The notes under the pieces: generated by a model
Databases searched by the model: none
The model's input: only the letters and a program-made list of their open reading frames with translations
What the model was told of the DNA's origin: nothing
DNA from: Bacteriovoracia bacterium
Lineage (GTDB): Bacteria > Bdellovibrionota > UBA1018 > CAIPTA01
DNA length: 64,000 nt
NCBI GenBank assembly: GCA_050246755.1
Contig: JBFWVL010000001.1
Coordinates: forward strand, 1,376,001 to 1,440,000
Direction: 5' to 3'
Shown here: positions 50,759-61,357 of the stretch, one piece after another
Layout of the letters: each line of letters begins with the position of its first letter
Position numbering within the stretch: the stretch's first letter is position 1
Made by a program: the position numbers and the translations under genes

Positions 50759-51175
50759 TTGCCTCCGTTGCTTCGAAAAAAAGGCAGCCAGAAGAGAATT
50801 CAGGAACGATTGAAGCTGGTGACCGCACGGCATAAGATCTATCTTTGGCCGGAGGGTGGAACAGGAGATCCCATCTCGGGATTTGGTTTCGTTTCGGATT
50901 TTTCCGATATGGGAGTGGGAATTTACCTTAGCGAGAAGCTCAAGGTGCAAACACCGGTTACCGTGGCGTTCGAAGACCCTAAATCCGTTACTTATCGGGG
51001 CCACGTAATGTGGAGCTCGCGGCTTTCGTCCAAGCAGAATTTTTTCGGCCACGATACGCCGAAGTACCGGATTGGCATTAAGTTTATTTTTGGCACCGAG
51101 GCCGAGCGGCTGCGCTACGAAGCTTACTATAACGACGCGCTAAAGCGCGTGCTGCAAATCAGTCTTGGCATTTAG
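50759..51175 (+). CDS. PilZ-domain protein
   Basis: RIQER (RxxxR) and DFSDMG (DxSxxG) c-di-GMP motifs; YRIGIKF. Confidence 0.85.
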   Translation: MPPLLRKKGSQKRIQERLKLVTARHKIYLWPEGGTGDPISGFGFVSDFSDMGVGIYLSEKLKVQTPVTVAFEDPKSVTYRGHVMWSSRLSSKQNFFGHDTPKYRIGIKFIFGTEAERLRYEAYYNDALKRVLQISLGI

Positions 51176-51225
51176 TTTCCAATTTTAGCAAAATTGCATG
51201 ATTCTAAACCCACGAGGTACCGCCC

Positions 51226-52191
51226 ATGGCCCGCAAAATCGCGACTCTACTCTCTCTTTTCATCGTATTTTACTTAGGAGCTCACTTCTGGATTCGCTGG
51301 AAAAACCGAATTCAAGTGGACACCATCAAAACGAGCAGCCTGATCGAATGCGAGCCGCACCAAGTGCGCGGGCTTAAAGTATTGCAGCGGGAGGCGGCGG
51401 CGGAACAGATGATTGTGTTCGAGCGCACCGACAATCCGGAACCCGGCCTGCCTCCAGCCGCCCAGCTCGCGCAAGCCGAGTGGAGTGAAAGCACCCCCGC
51501 CATGGGAGAGGCTGATTCTGCTTCGTTGAACCGGCTCGCCTCGCTGGTATGCGAGCTCTACGATCCAATTCCGCAGAGGCCCGAGGAAATGGTGGAATCT
51601 TCGGCTCCCGAAAGACGGGCGCAGCGCCTGGAGGTATCGTTGGTGAGGGGTGAAAAGCTGGAGAGGCACGAAATCGATTTCGGCCAAGTGGGGCGCGACC
51701 GGCTAAACGTGATCCGTTATCGCTCCGGCAAGGGGGAACGCACGGTAAAAATTCCGCCCCAGCTGCTGCAGCTCCTTTCACGGCCCGCCAAGGATTTCCT
51801 CAATCTGCGTGTGCTGAGAAGTACTGCGGATAATATTCAAAACGCCGTGGTGTCGTTCGACGGCAAAGAACGGTTTACGCTAGAGCGCGCTGGTGCCGAC
51901 TGGAATATTTCTTCCGGCGGAAAAATAATAAAACCTAGCGAAGAGGTAGAGCGTTACCTTAATCGTTTGTCCACCCTCAAGGCCCTCGAGGCCAAGCCGG
52001 GAGTGGCCGCGGACTGTCAGAAGAAGCCGCATAGGGTTTCCCTAGAGCTAAGCCTGGTTGGCGGAAAAAAAGAGTTCGTGGGATTTGACTTCGGAAAATC
52101 GGGCGACGTGAGCGCGTGCAATGGCTCGCGGGCGGCATCGTTTCGCGTGCACCAGGATCTCGTGAAGCACCTGGATTTGGTGCGCAAGTAG
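51226..52191 (+). CDS. Membrane-anchored protein, DUF4340-like
   Basis: N-terminal transmembrane helix; two internal repeats (FTLER...W.I...V..YL..L..LKA). Confidence 0.6.
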   Translation: MARKIATLLSLFIVFYLGAHFWIRWKNRIQVDTIKTSSLIECEPHQVRGLKVLQREAAAEQMIVFERTDNPEPGLPPAAQLAQAEWSESTPAMGEADSASLNRLASLVCELYDPIPQRPEEMVESSAPERRAQRLEVSLVRGEKLERHEIDFGQVGRDRLNVIRYRSGKGERTVKIPPQLLQLLSRPAKDFLNLRVLRSTADNIQNAVVSFDGKERFTLERAGADWNISSGGKIIKPSEEVERYLNRLSTLKALEAKPGVAADCQKKPHRVSLELSLVGGKKEFVGFDFGKSGDVSACNGSRAASFRVHQDLVKHLDLVRK

Positions 52192-52195
52192 AGGG

Positions 52196-53011
52196 CTAAT
52201 CGTGCTCGGCTAAGAATTTTTCGAGTGCGGCCGAAAACCGTTCCGGCTGCTCGGCGTGCACATAGTGGCCGGCGTCGGGGATAGTGACGAGCGTCACCTC
52301 TTTTCGCGCGGCTTTCATTCGCTGGGCTTCGTCGGCAGGAAATTCATGGCTGCGCTCTCCGCGAATCAGCAAGGTGGGCAACTTTAGCGAGGCGAATTCG
52401 TCCATCGCGTTTTCAACCCGCCCCGTGCGAACGGTTTCGATCATTCCCGGGGCGAAAAAACGCCAATCCATCGTTCCGTCGGCGGCGGCCTCCAGATTGG
52501 CGTGGAGAAAGGTGCCGGTGAGTGGATCGTCGCGGAAATTCTCCGTGAAAAACTGCTTCGCCGCTTCCCGAGAGTGAAAAGGAGTGGGAATTCCGCCGAG
52601 TAATTTTTCGATCCACTGCAGGCGCGTGGCATTATCCTCGGCGCCGGAATCCTCCATCGTGAGGGAGCGGCAATTTTCCGGAAAAAGAGCGGCGAAACGC
52701 AATGCCACGCGCCCTCCCATAGAGTGGCCCACGATATGGCAGGAACCCCAGCCCAAGTGATCGAGCAGCGATTTTAGGTCATTCGCATAGTCTGAGGGAG
52801 AGTAGCCGGCCTGGGGCTTCGCACTGCGGCCATGCCCCCGCTGATCCAGCACCAATACTTGGCGTTGCTCGCGGAAATGCGGAGTAATTTTTCCCCAGTT
52901 GGCGGCGAAACCCATTAAGCCGTGCAAAAACACCAGTGGCGGCAAAGTATTGGCCGCCGATTCGGGCCCTTGGACTCGGAAGTATAAGGATTCTGGGGGG
53001 ACTATTGACAT
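52196..53011 (-). CDS. Alpha/beta hydrolase (YbfF-like esterase)
   Basis: FLHGLMG, DQRGHGRS, GHSMGG, AGHYVHAEQP. Confidence 0.93.
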   Translation of the reverse strand: MSIVPPESLYFRVQGPESAANTLPPLVFLHGLMGFAANWGKITPHFREQRQVLVLDQRGHGRSAKPQAGYSPSDYANDLKSLLDHLGWGSCHIVGHSMGGRVALRFAALFPENCRSLTMEDSGAEDNATRLQWIEKLLGGIPTPFHSREAAKQFFTENFRDDPLTGTFLHANLEAAADGTMDWRFFAPGMIETVRTGRVENAMDEFASLKLPTLLIRGERSHEFPADEAQRMKAARKEVTLVTIPDAGHYVHAEQPERFSAALEKFLAEHD

Positions 53012-53033
53012 CGGTTTCTCATGCTTATATTCT
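53005..53033 (+). promoter_or_regulatory. Sigma70-type promoter for rho
   Basis: TTGACA-N17-TATTCT, about 125 nt upstream of the rho ATG. Confidence 0.6.
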
Positions 53034-53157
53034 CGCCTCAACAGAACTTATCCTTAATCACCTTCTAGTTCTGAAATTTCAAGGTCAATCCCAGCAAGTT
53101 TCTCAATTCAACATTAAATAATGTTCAATTTCACAAAGTCAGTACGGAGTTTATTCC

Positions 53158-54735
53158 ATGAGCGATAACGATTCGCAAAATAACGATAGTCCAAACGAAG
53201 GTCGCGGCGGCAGTGGCGGAGGCGAACGTCCTCAGCGGCGCCAATTCCAGAATCGTGATCGTGGAGATCGTGGCGGTGGCGGAAAGCCCCGCGGAGATCG
53301 CGAAAATCGCGGTGGCGGGGAACGAGGAAATTATCGCCGTGGCGGAGGAGAGGGTGATCGCCCTCGCCAGAACAACCAGCACGCCGCGGAAGATGCCCGT
53401 GAAGAAGCGGCCGAAGCGGCGGCGGTAGCGGCTTCGGGAGTGCCCGATTCTTTGGATCCCGCGAATCCTCCCCGCGACGTAAAGATTCTGCAAATGAAAG
53501 ATCTCAAGGCGAAGAAGCCCCACGAATTGGCGGAGCTCGCCACGCAGATGGGAGTGGAAAACGCCGCGGGTTTGCGTAAACAGGAAGTGATCTTCCATAT
53601 TTTGCAGTCCACGGCTTCTGGAGACTACGCCGTGTTCTCCGACGGGGTATTAGAATGTTTGCCGGACGGATACGGCTTCCTTCGTTCTCCGGACTATAAC
53701 TACCTTCCCGGACCAGATGATATTTACGTTTCTCCCTCGCAGATCCGCCGTTTCGGCCTTCGCACCGGCGATGGCATTACCGGCCAGATCCGCCCGCCCA
53801 AAGACAACGAGCGCTACTTCGCCCTCCTGAAAGTAGACTCCATTAATTTCCAGACGCCTGAGCAATCGCGCGAACGCGTGCTCTTCGACAACCTGACCCC
53901 CCTCTACCCCACCGAGCGTTTCAAGCTCGGCGACGACGGAAAAAATTATTCCACGCGTATCATCGATATGATCGCGCCCATCGGCAAAGGCCAGCGCTGC
54001 TTGATCGTGGCCCCGCCGAAGGCCGGTAAAACGGTTCTCCTCCAGAGTCTCGCGAACGCTATCACCACCTACAATCCGGAATCCTTCCTGATCGTATTGT
54101 TGATCGACGAACGCCCCGAGGAAGTGACCGACATGGCTCGCTCGGTAAAGGCCGAAGTGGTGAGCTCTACTTTCGATGAGCAAGCTTCTCGTCACGTGCA
54201 AGTGGCCGAGATGGTGCTCGAGAAGGCAAAACGCTTGGTGGAAACCGGCAAAGACGTGGTGATCTTGCTCGATTCGATCACCCGCTTGGCTCGCGCCTAC
54301 AACACCGTGGTTCCTCCTTCCGGAAAAATTCTTTCCGGGGGCGTGGATTCCAACGCCCTTCACCGCCCAAAACGTTTCTTCGGCGCTGCTCGTAAAGTGG
54401 AAGAAGGGGGCTCGCTTACCATCGTGGCCACTTCTCTCGTGGATACCGGATCCCGCATGGACGAAGTGATCTTCGAGGAGTTCAAGGGAACGGGTAACTC
54501 CGAGATCGTGCTCGATCGTAAATTGCTCGAGAAGCGGATCTTTCCGGCGCTCGACATCAATAAGAGCGGTACCCGTAAAGAAGAACTTCTCATTCCCGAA
54601 AAAGACCTTCAGCGTATTTGGATTCTCCGCCGCGTTCTGCAGCCGATGAATACCATCGATGCGGTGGAATTCTTGCTCGACAAGGTTTCCCATACCAAAT
54701 CGAACCGGGAATTCATCGATTCGATGAGTAGCTAG
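53158..54735 (+). CDS. rho: Transcription termination factor Rho
   Basis: [52 protein letters not shown]; Arg/Gly-rich N-terminal extension. Confidence 0.99.
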   Translation: MSDNDSQNNDSPNEGRGGSGGGERPQRRQFQNRDRGDRGGGGKPRGDRENRGGGERGNYRRGGGEGDRPRQNNQHAAEDAREEAAEAAAVAASGVPDSLDPANPPRDVKILQMKDLKAKKPHELAELATQMGVENAAGLRKQEVIFHILQSTASGDYAVFSDGVLECLPDGYGFLRSPDYNYLPGPDDIYVSPSQIRRFGLRTGDGITGQIRPPKDNERYFALLKVDSINFQTPEQSRERVLFDNLTPLYPTERFKLGDDGKNYSTRIIDMIAPIGKGQRCLIVAPPKAGKTVLLQSLANAITTYNPESFLIVLLIDERPEEVTDMARSVKAEVVSSTFDEQASRHVQVAEMVLEKAKRLVETGKDVVILLDSITRLARAYNTVVPPSGKILSGGVDSNALHRPKRFFGAARKVEEGGSLTIVATSLVDTGSRMDEVIFEEFKGTGNSEIVLDRKLLEKRIFPALDINKSGTRKEELLIPEKDLQRIWILRRVLQPMNTIDAVEFLLDKVSHTKSNREFIDSMSS

Positions 54736-54756
54736 GGCCTATAAACAGCTCTTATC

Positions 54757-54791
54757 AAAGGGATCGCTGACAAAAGTTAGCGATCCTTTTT
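54757..54791 (+). terminator. Intrinsic terminator after rho
   Basis: GGATCGCTGAC-AAAA-GTTAGCGATCC followed by a T-tract. Confidence 0.85.
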
Positions 54792-54879
54792 GTTTTTTAG
54801 GGCCCCGAGCCGAATAGTTTTTGTTCGCCCGCAACCCATGGTACCTATGGCCAAACTTTGAATCTTGGGGGATATCACG

Positions 54880-57426
54880 GTGACCAAAACTTTGGCCTTG
54901 GGCCTTCTGTTAGTGAGCAATCTTTCCGCCTTTGCAGCTGCGGATTTCGCGTCGGCACCAGCGGTAGTGGCACCCCGAAGAATTTCCGATTCCTTCGCCC
55001 CGGCCCCCGCCTCCGGTACCCAGCGCTTGCAGAGTCTTTTTCCTGAAAACGGGATGTATCTCCGGATCCTAAAATCTTCCCTCGAGAAGGAATTTTTGCT
55101 GCAAGCCGGATTGATCCCGCAGCCAACTATTCCCTTGGGCCAGTCTCTTCGTTCCCGCATCGTGAGCTTTAGCCAAAAGGGCAATCGCGTGTATATGCTC
55201 GAAGCTACCCAGGGCCACGCGATCACCGATGAGCTGCCGCAAACTTTAATCATCACTTCTTTTCCGATTGTCTCGGAGCAGACGGATGGCCTCACGATCG
55301 ATTTCAATTTGGGGATGAGCGAAATTTTCGCGTCTTCCGACTGGAAAGCTTCTGATTTAGAAGCGGGCTTTCCGGACTTCGAATACAAAACGGTAAAAAC
55401 CAAAAATAGTTTTCTGAAGCGCTTAGAGCTGGTGGGCAACAAGCTCGTGGTGCACCAAGTGGCCAGCCTCGACGTGACCATGGGAGGAAACTTCGAAAGC
55501 GATACCGTGGAAGTACGCTACTACCTTTCCCCTTACGAGCCCAACGCCGGATTCGAATCCACGCTGGGCACCGATTTCACCCGCATGGGATTTTTCGAAG
55601 TAGCCCCAATTTTTAAAGCCGACGGAAAAGTCGTGACCCGTGCTACCAAATTCGACCTACGTAAGCCCATCGTGTTCGCCATTTCCGCGAATACGCCGGC
55701 TAATTTCCGTCAGGCCGTGAAGGATGGGATCCTTTATTTTAACAAGATCTTGGGTGAAGGAAAAATCCAAGTGGTGGACGCGCCCGCGGGAGTGACTGCG
55801 CCCGACCTCGAAAGAAATATTTTCCAGTGGGTGAAGTGGGATACCGGTATGGGAGCTTACGCCGATGCGCAAATGGACCCCCGCACCGGTGAGGTAACCC
55901 ACGCCCAAGTGTATATGGGCAGCGTTTTTGCGTTTCAGGGAAAGAAAGAGGCGCGCCGTCTCCTGGCCCGGCTCAAAGCCGCCGGTGAGAAGCCCGAAAA
56001 AACACAGTTTACCTTGCGCGGATTTCGCCCTTTCGCGAGCTGCGAAATGGCCGACACGAAGGCGTTGCAGGCCTCCCTCGAAAAGATCGCCGATTCTACC
56101 GACGACGATGCCGCCGCGCTCAAAGCCGCGCAGGATTACGTGCGTGAAGTTACGGCCCACGAAGTAGGCCATACGCTGGGCCTCCGCCACAACTTCGCCG
56201 GCTCCCTCGCTGCGAATGTGAGCAGCGATGAAAAGCAGAAGATTTTTACCGACTACGTACAGGGTAAAAGCGTTCCGGAATCCACCATCGTGACCAGCTC
56301 CGTGATGGACTATACCTCGCTCGTGGATTCCGTGATCACCGGCTACCACATCGTCAATTCCAAGGAAGCGATGGCCTACGACACCAAGGCTCTCCAAGCG
56401 CTCTACTTCGGCAAAAAGTTTTCCAGCGAAGAGCTCCCGCTTTTTTGTACCGATAGCCACGCCGGCGGGAATTACTTCGACTGCATCCGTTTCGACCAAG
56501 GTAAAAATCCACTCTTGAATTACGCCGCAGAATCGCGCCGTGAATCCGCATTTTTGGCCGATAAAATTTTCGAAGAGTTCCTCGAGCAAAAAGAGGCTAA
56601 GAATGAAGGGTACATAACCAGTTTTTATTTCTATCCCAGTGGTTTCGCCAACGCTGGTAACTGGAGCCGTACTTTTCGCCTCGGTTCTCTCCTGAGCAAA
56701 ATGAAGTTTCTCAGCATATCCCGGTCTTTCCCGAACGAAAGCGGCGTTTACGAGCGTGGGATCGAAGCGGGCAACGTGCGCCTGATCGAGGAGCAATTCG
56801 CTCAGGCCGGCGGAGTGGCCTCGGCTTTCGCCACGTTTCCCTTGGAAACGCTGGCGGGCCAAGAGCAGCGTTTTGGGGAAATCCTAGAGCAACGCGGCAC
56901 CAAAGAAGGCTTAACCACCGAAGAGATTGCGGAGATTCGTTCGCTTTCGTTAAGGCTGTTCGCGCAGCTGCCGGAAGCCTTCGTGAAGGCGGATCTAACT
57001 TCCTTCGCCGGCGCCACGGAAGCGGGTAAAAAATTATTCCGTGATCATGAGCTATCCGACCAGCTCGCTGCTTATATGGCGCAGTTTGCGGCAAAAGTAA
57101 TTTTCGCCACTTCGGAATCCACCATTGAATCGGAGATTAAAATTCCGCAAGAGGCCGGCGAGCCTCGCACGGTAAGAATTTCTCTTCCTAAGTTCCGTTT
57201 TGATCTCGCCATGCGAATTGCGGCCGCTAAATTGCTGGATCCGGCCCGCGCAGTGAGTCCAGTTTGGGCAATGCAGGACCGCTCCGTGCTCCGTGAACGC
57301 CTGAAAAAACTGATGGAAGACGCTTTCACCTCTCCCATAGATAAGCTGCAGGCGCCGAAACTACCTCCGGCCGTGGCGCGCTGGCTGATCGAAAACAAAA
57401 AGGTATTGGCAGCGCTTCCCGAATAG
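54880..57426 (+). CDS. Secreted zinc metalloprotease (metzincin; DUF5117/DUF4953-like)
   Basis: Signal peptide, DPRTGEV, HEVGHTLGLRHNF, SSVMDY Met-turn, FCTD. Confidence 0.92.
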   Translation: MTKTLALGLLLVSNLSAFAAADFASAPAVVAPRRISDSFAPAPASGTQRLQSLFPENGMYLRILKSSLEKEFLLQAGLIPQPTIPLGQSLRSRIVSFSQKGNRVYMLEATQGHAITDELPQTLIITSFPIVSEQTDGLTIDFNLGMSEIFASSDWKASDLEAGFPDFEYKTVKTKNSFLKRLELVGNKLVVHQVASLDVTMGGNFESDTVEVRYYLSPYEPNAGFESTLGTDFTRMGFFEVAPIFKADGKVVTRATKFDLRKPIVFAISANTPANFRQAVKDGILYFNKILGEGKIQVVDAPAGVTAPDLERNIFQWVKWDTGMGAYADAQMDPRTGEVTHAQVYMGSVFAFQGKKEARRLLARLKAAGEKPEKTQFTLRGFRPFASCEMADTKALQASLEKIADSTDDDAAALKAAQDYVREVTAHEVGHTLGLRHNFAGSLAANVSSDEKQKIFTDYVQGKSVPESTIVTSSVMDYTSLVDSVITGYHIVNSKEAMAYDTKALQALYFGKKFSSEELPLFCTDSHAGGNYFDCIRFDQGKNPLLNYAAESRRESAFLADKIFEEFLEQKEAKNEGYITSFYFYPSGFANAGNWSRTFRLGSLLSKMKFLSISRSFPNESGVYERGIEAGNVRLIEEQFAQAGGVASAFATFPLETLAGQEQRFGEILEQRGTKEGLTTEEIAEIRSLSLRLFAQLPEAFVKADLTSFAGATEAGKKLFRDHELSDQLAAYMAQFAAKVIFATSESTIESEIKIPQEAGEPRTVRISLPKFRFDLAMRIAAAKLLDPARAVSPVWAMQDRSVLRERLKKLMEDAFTSPIDKLQAPKLPPAVARWLIENKKVLAALPE

Positions 57427-57634
57427 CGGCCACCAGGGGATAAGGCGCGCCCAATAAAGCCCAATCTTTTCAGTCGGTTGCATGGTGGATTGGGTGGCCT
57501 CAGGCCGGGTTGTGAACTGCCCTCAAACTGTGCTAAACCCTTGATCTCCGTTCACTGTTTTTCAAAGTTTTCACCCAAGAGCATTAACGGGAAATCTTCG
57601 GATACTCCCCGCTCTTGCACTAAACGAGGTTCTT

Positions 57635-57859
57635 ATGAAAAAAGGCATCCACCCCCGCTACGTAGACACTACCGTTACTTGCAACTGCGGTAACAAAATG
57701 GAAATCGGCGGCTACGTTCCCGATCTTAAAGTAGAGATTTGCTCGAACTGTCACCCCTTCTATACCGGCACCCACAAGGTGATGGATACCGAGGGTCGTC
57801 TTGAGCGCTTCAAAAACAAATACGCTAAATCGACTATTCCCACTTCTGGGAAGAAGTAG
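57635..57859 (+). CDS. rpmE: 50S ribosomal protein L31 (zinc-binding type)
   Basis: [21 protein letters not shown]. Confidence 0.98.
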   Translation: MKKGIHPRYVDTTVTCNCGNKMEIGGYVPDLKVEICSNCHPFYTGTHKVMDTEGRLERFKNKYAKSTIPTSGKK

Positions 57860-57909
57860 TTCGTCTCGGCGCGGATTTCTGAAAAGCGATTTTCGCTGAG
57901 GGCATACGT

Positions 57910-58977
57910 GTGTTCAAAAAACTCGAAGCAGTAGAGAGACGATTTGAAGACCTGGAGCGTAAGCTTCAGGATCCTTCTATCAACTCCAATGATATCCGCA
58001 AGCTCTCTAAGGAGCATGCGGATCTGCGTGAGTTGGTGGACACGTACCGTATTTTTAAGCAGACTGAAAAGGATCTGGCTTCCGGCAGAGAACTGATGAA
58101 CGACAGTGATCCCGAGATGCGTGCCGCTGCGAAGGAAGAAATCGTGGCGGCCGAGCAGAAGATCGAGGAGCTCACTAAGCAACTCAATTTCCTCCTGATT
58201 CCCAAAGACCCTAACGACGAGAAAAACGTGGTGCTTGAAGTGCGTGCCGGTGCCGGGGGCGACGAGGCCGGCCTTTTTGCCGCCGAAGTTTTCCGCATGT
58301 ACCAGCGCTATGCCGAGAAACGCGGCTGGCGCGTGGAGGTGCTGAACGTGAGTGGTACCGGAATTGGCGGGCTTAAAGAGGCCACCGCCTTGATTACCGG
58401 AGATAAAGTTTATTCGCGCCTGAAGAACGAAGGTGGCGTGCACCGCGTGCAGCGTGTTCCCGATACGGAAACGCAGGGACGCGTGCACACTTCCACGGCT
58501 ACGGTGGCGGTGCTCACCGAGGTGGAAGAAGTGGACATCCAGATCAATCCGAACGATTTGCGTATCGATGTGATGCGCGCCTCCGGTTCCGGCGGACAAA
58601 GCGTGAACACCACCGATTCCGCCGTGCGCATCGTGCATATTCCCACTGGCACCGAAGTGAAGTGCCAAGATGAGAAAAGCCAAATTAAGAACCGCGATAA
58701 GGCGATGAAAATTCTGCGCGCGCGATTGCACGCGGCTGAACAAGAAAAAATCGACGCCGCGCATTCCGCCGCGCGCCGCTCCATGGTGGGCACCGGCGAC
58801 CGCTCGGAACGGATCCGTACCTATAATTTTCCCCAGAGCCGGCTTACTGATCACCGCATTGGCTTAACCGTGCATAACTTGCCCGATATTATGCAGGGCC
58901 AGATCGATCCGGTGATCGACGCTCTCATTGCCCACTCGCAGGCGGAGCTGCTGAAAAACAGCGCTAGCGTACTTTGA
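57910..58977 (+). CDS. prfA: Peptide chain release factor 1
   Basis: HRVQRVPDTE (PxT), GGQ, RIRTYNFPQ. Confidence 0.98.
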   Translation: MFKKLEAVERRFEDLERKLQDPSINSNDIRKLSKEHADLRELVDTYRIFKQTEKDLASGRELMNDSDPEMRAAAKEEIVAAEQKIEELTKQLNFLLIPKDPNDEKNVVLEVRAGAGGDEAGLFAAEVFRMYQRYAEKRGWRVEVLNVSGTGIGGLKEATALITGDKVYSRLKNEGGVHRVQRVPDTETQGRVHTSTATVAVLTEVEEVDIQINPNDLRIDVMRASGSGGQSVNTTDSAVRIVHIPTGTEVKCQDEKSQIKNRDKAMKILRARLHAAEQEKIDAAHSAARRSMVGTGDRSERIRTYNFPQSRLTDHRIGLTVHNLPDIMQGQIDPVIDALIAHSQAELLKNSASVL

Positions 58978-59822
58978 CGATAGCCGACATTTTAAAATCT
59001 ACCCCGAAGCGCAAGCGGAACGAAGCTTTGTGGCTGCTTGAATTTATCCTGAAAAAAAATAGATCCGAGCTTTTGCTGGATGCCGAGCGATCCCTTACGC
59101 CAGGTGAGCGGATAAAGTGGTCGGTGGCTTCGCTGGCCCGCAAGACGGGAAAGCCCCTGCAGTATATCGTGGGCAGCGCTCCGTTCTGGGGCAGGGAGTT
59201 TCGCGTGGGGAAGGGGGTTCTCATTCCCCGGCCCGAAACCGAAATGCTCGTGGAGCTAGCGTTAAATTTATTTTCGAAAGAGGAGGCCGTTAGCGCGCTG
59301 GATATCGGAACTGGTTCGGGTGCGGTCGCGATCACGCTGAAACTCGAGCGACCGGGGTGGAAAATAACCGGAACCGATATTTCGGCTAAGGCCCTAAAAT
59401 TTGCGAAAGAGAATGCCAAGGTATTGGCAGCGAACGTGGAGCTGGCGCGTGCCGATCTTTTTTCGCCCAAGCTGCGAAAAAAAAATTGGTCGCTGGTGAT
59501 CTCCAATCCTCCTTACCTCGATACGCGTAAGGATAAAATTGCTGCCGAAGTAAGGGATTGGGAGCCGCGCTCTGCGCTCGAGCCCGCCCTCAAAGAGAAA
59601 TCAAAAGAAGTGAAAGAGCGGGCCGCCTGGTGCGCGGAAAAAATCCTGCGCGGCTGCGCGGCCGCTAAGCCAAGGTATACGGCGCTCGAGCTCAGTGCGC
59701 GCGTGGCGAAATTGCTCGAAACCCGCTGGCGCACACATGAATCGGTGGCGCGCATTTGGCGTGAGGCCGACCTCGCTGGTAAGAAGCGGTTTTTATTGGT
59801 AGCTTGGAAGCAAGATGCATAA
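58974..59822 (+). CDS. prmC: Release factor glutamine methyltransferase
   Basis: PLQYIVG, LIPRPETE, DIGTGSG, SNPPY. Confidence 0.95.
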   Translation: MTIADILKSTPKRKRNEALWLLEFILKKNRSELLLDAERSLTPGERIKWSVASLARKTGKPLQYIVGSAPFWGREFRVGKGVLIPRPETEMLVELALNLFSKEEAVSALDIGTGSGAVAITLKLERPGWKITGTDISAKALKFAKENAKVLAANVELARADLFSPKLRKKNWSLVISNPPYLDTRKDKIAAEVRDWEPRSALEPALKEKSKEVKERAAWCAEKILRGCAAAKPRYTALELSARVAKLLETRWRTHESVARIWREADLAGKKRFLLVAWKQDA

Positions 59823-61074
59823 ATTTGAAATTGAAGGCGGTCGCGTTCTCTCCGGAGCGCTCGACGCTAGCGGTAGTAAAAACAGCGCGCTTCCGCTGCT
59901 CTTTGCCACCATCCTTTCCGATCAGGCGGTTACCCTTACCCGCGTTCCCCATCTCCGCGATATCACCACCACCGTGCAGCTCCTCAAGGGAATCGGCGCG
60001 GATATTTCGCATGAAAATGGTGTGGCGAAAATCGAGATCAAGAACCTATCTTCCACTGAAGCCCCCTACGAATTGGTGCGCACCATGCGCGCCTCGATTC
60101 TCATGCTTGGGCCTTTGCTGGCGCGGGCGCGCAAAGCAAAAGTGAGCTTGCCGGGCGGCTGCAGTATCGGCACTCGTCCCGTGGACATCCACCTTCAGGC
60201 ACTCGAAAAAATGGGCGCCACCCTCAAGCTCGAGAGCGGTTATATCGTGGGCGAATGCCCGAACGGGCTCAAGGGCGCTGAAATCGAATTTCGCTTTCCG
60301 AGCGTGGGCGCCACTGAACACGTGATGATGGCGGCGAGCCTGGCCGAGGGGAAAACCGTGATCCGCAATGCGGCCCGCGAACCCGAGATCGTGGATCTCG
60401 CGCAGATGCTGCGCAAGATGGGCGTGGAGATCAGTGGTGAAGGAAGCTCCGAAATTATCATTCAAGGGGCAAGTTCGCTGAAACCGATCGCGCACGAAGT
60501 GATGCATGATCGCATTGAAGCGGGAACCCTGCTCTTGGCCGGCCCCATCACCGGCGGCAAAGTGCGCGTGAATCGCGTGAATCCCGAGGCCCTCACGGCG
60601 TTCACGGACCTGCTAAAAAAAGCCGGCGTGAAAGTTGGTATCGGTCCCGATTGGATCGAGGCCGAACGCGGCTCTAGCGAGCACGGATTGAAGTTCGCCA
60701 CCGAGCCCTTTCCTGGCTTTCCCACCGATTTGCAAGCGCAGTTCATGGCCTATCTCGCGCAAATCGGCGCGCAGAGCGAGATCGTGGAAACCATTTTCGA
60801 AAATCGTTTTATGCACGTGCCGGAATTAAACCGCCTGGGCGCTGATATTCGCGTGGAGGGTGGCAGTGCGCACGTGCACGGCAAGAAAGCCTGCTTCCAG
60901 GGCGCCGTAGTGATGGCCACTGACCTCAGGGCTAGCGCTTCCCTGGTGCTGGCGGGGCTGGCGGGTAGGGGAGAAACCACGGTACGCCGCATCTACCACC
61001 TAGACCGGGGCTACGAAGAGCTCGAAAAGAAGCTCCTCCAAATCAATGCCCGTATCCGCCGGGCACCAGACTAG
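59815..61074 (+). CDS. murA: UDP-N-acetylglucosamine 1-carboxyvinyltransferase
   Basis: GSKNSALP, MRASI, LPGGCSIGTRP, FPTDLQ, FENRFMH, HLDRGYE. Confidence 0.98.
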   Translation: MHKFEIEGGRVLSGALDASGSKNSALPLLFATILSDQAVTLTRVPHLRDITTTVQLLKGIGADISHENGVAKIEIKNLSSTEAPYELVRTMRASILMLGPLLARARKAKVSLPGGCSIGTRPVDIHLQALEKMGATLKLESGYIVGECPNGLKGAEIEFRFPSVGATEHVMMAASLAEGKTVIRNAAREPEIVDLAQMLRKMGVEISGEGSSEIIIQGASSLKPIAHEVMHDRIEAGTLLLAGPITGGKVRVNRVNPEALTAFTDLLKKAGVKVGIGPDWIEAERGSSEHGLKFATEPFPGFPTDLQAQFMAYLAQIGAQSEIVETIFENRFMHVPELNRLGADIRVEGGSAHVHGKKACFQGAVVMATDLRASASLVLAGLAGRGETTVRRIYHLDRGYEELEKKLLQINARIRRAPD

Positions 61075-61357
61075 CTCAAAAAATTCGAAATAATTTCAAT
61101 TAGTTGAATTGCTGCGTAGGTTTATGCTCAATTCCGACCAATATGCTTGACTATAAGCAGATTGTTAATTAATCTTAATAGATGGGTGCCTCTACCGTGT
61201 GAGTAGTTTGGCGGGGCAGAAAATTCAATTTGGGAGTTGTTAACAAGAGTCGGCGCAGGAATTGGAACCAGGGTTGTACGTACGCTATTTGCTTCAACAG
61301 TTGATGCCTGGATCTGAAACCGAGTCCGATGAATAAACGAGGAAAAGGAAAAGGGTA

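Noticed and set aside
53650-54693. Long antisense ORFs (opposite rho; also 57760-58854, 55657-56862, 48378-49307, 44900-45805)
   Set aside because: Shadow ORFs of conserved or codon-biased genes, with no recognisable motifs.
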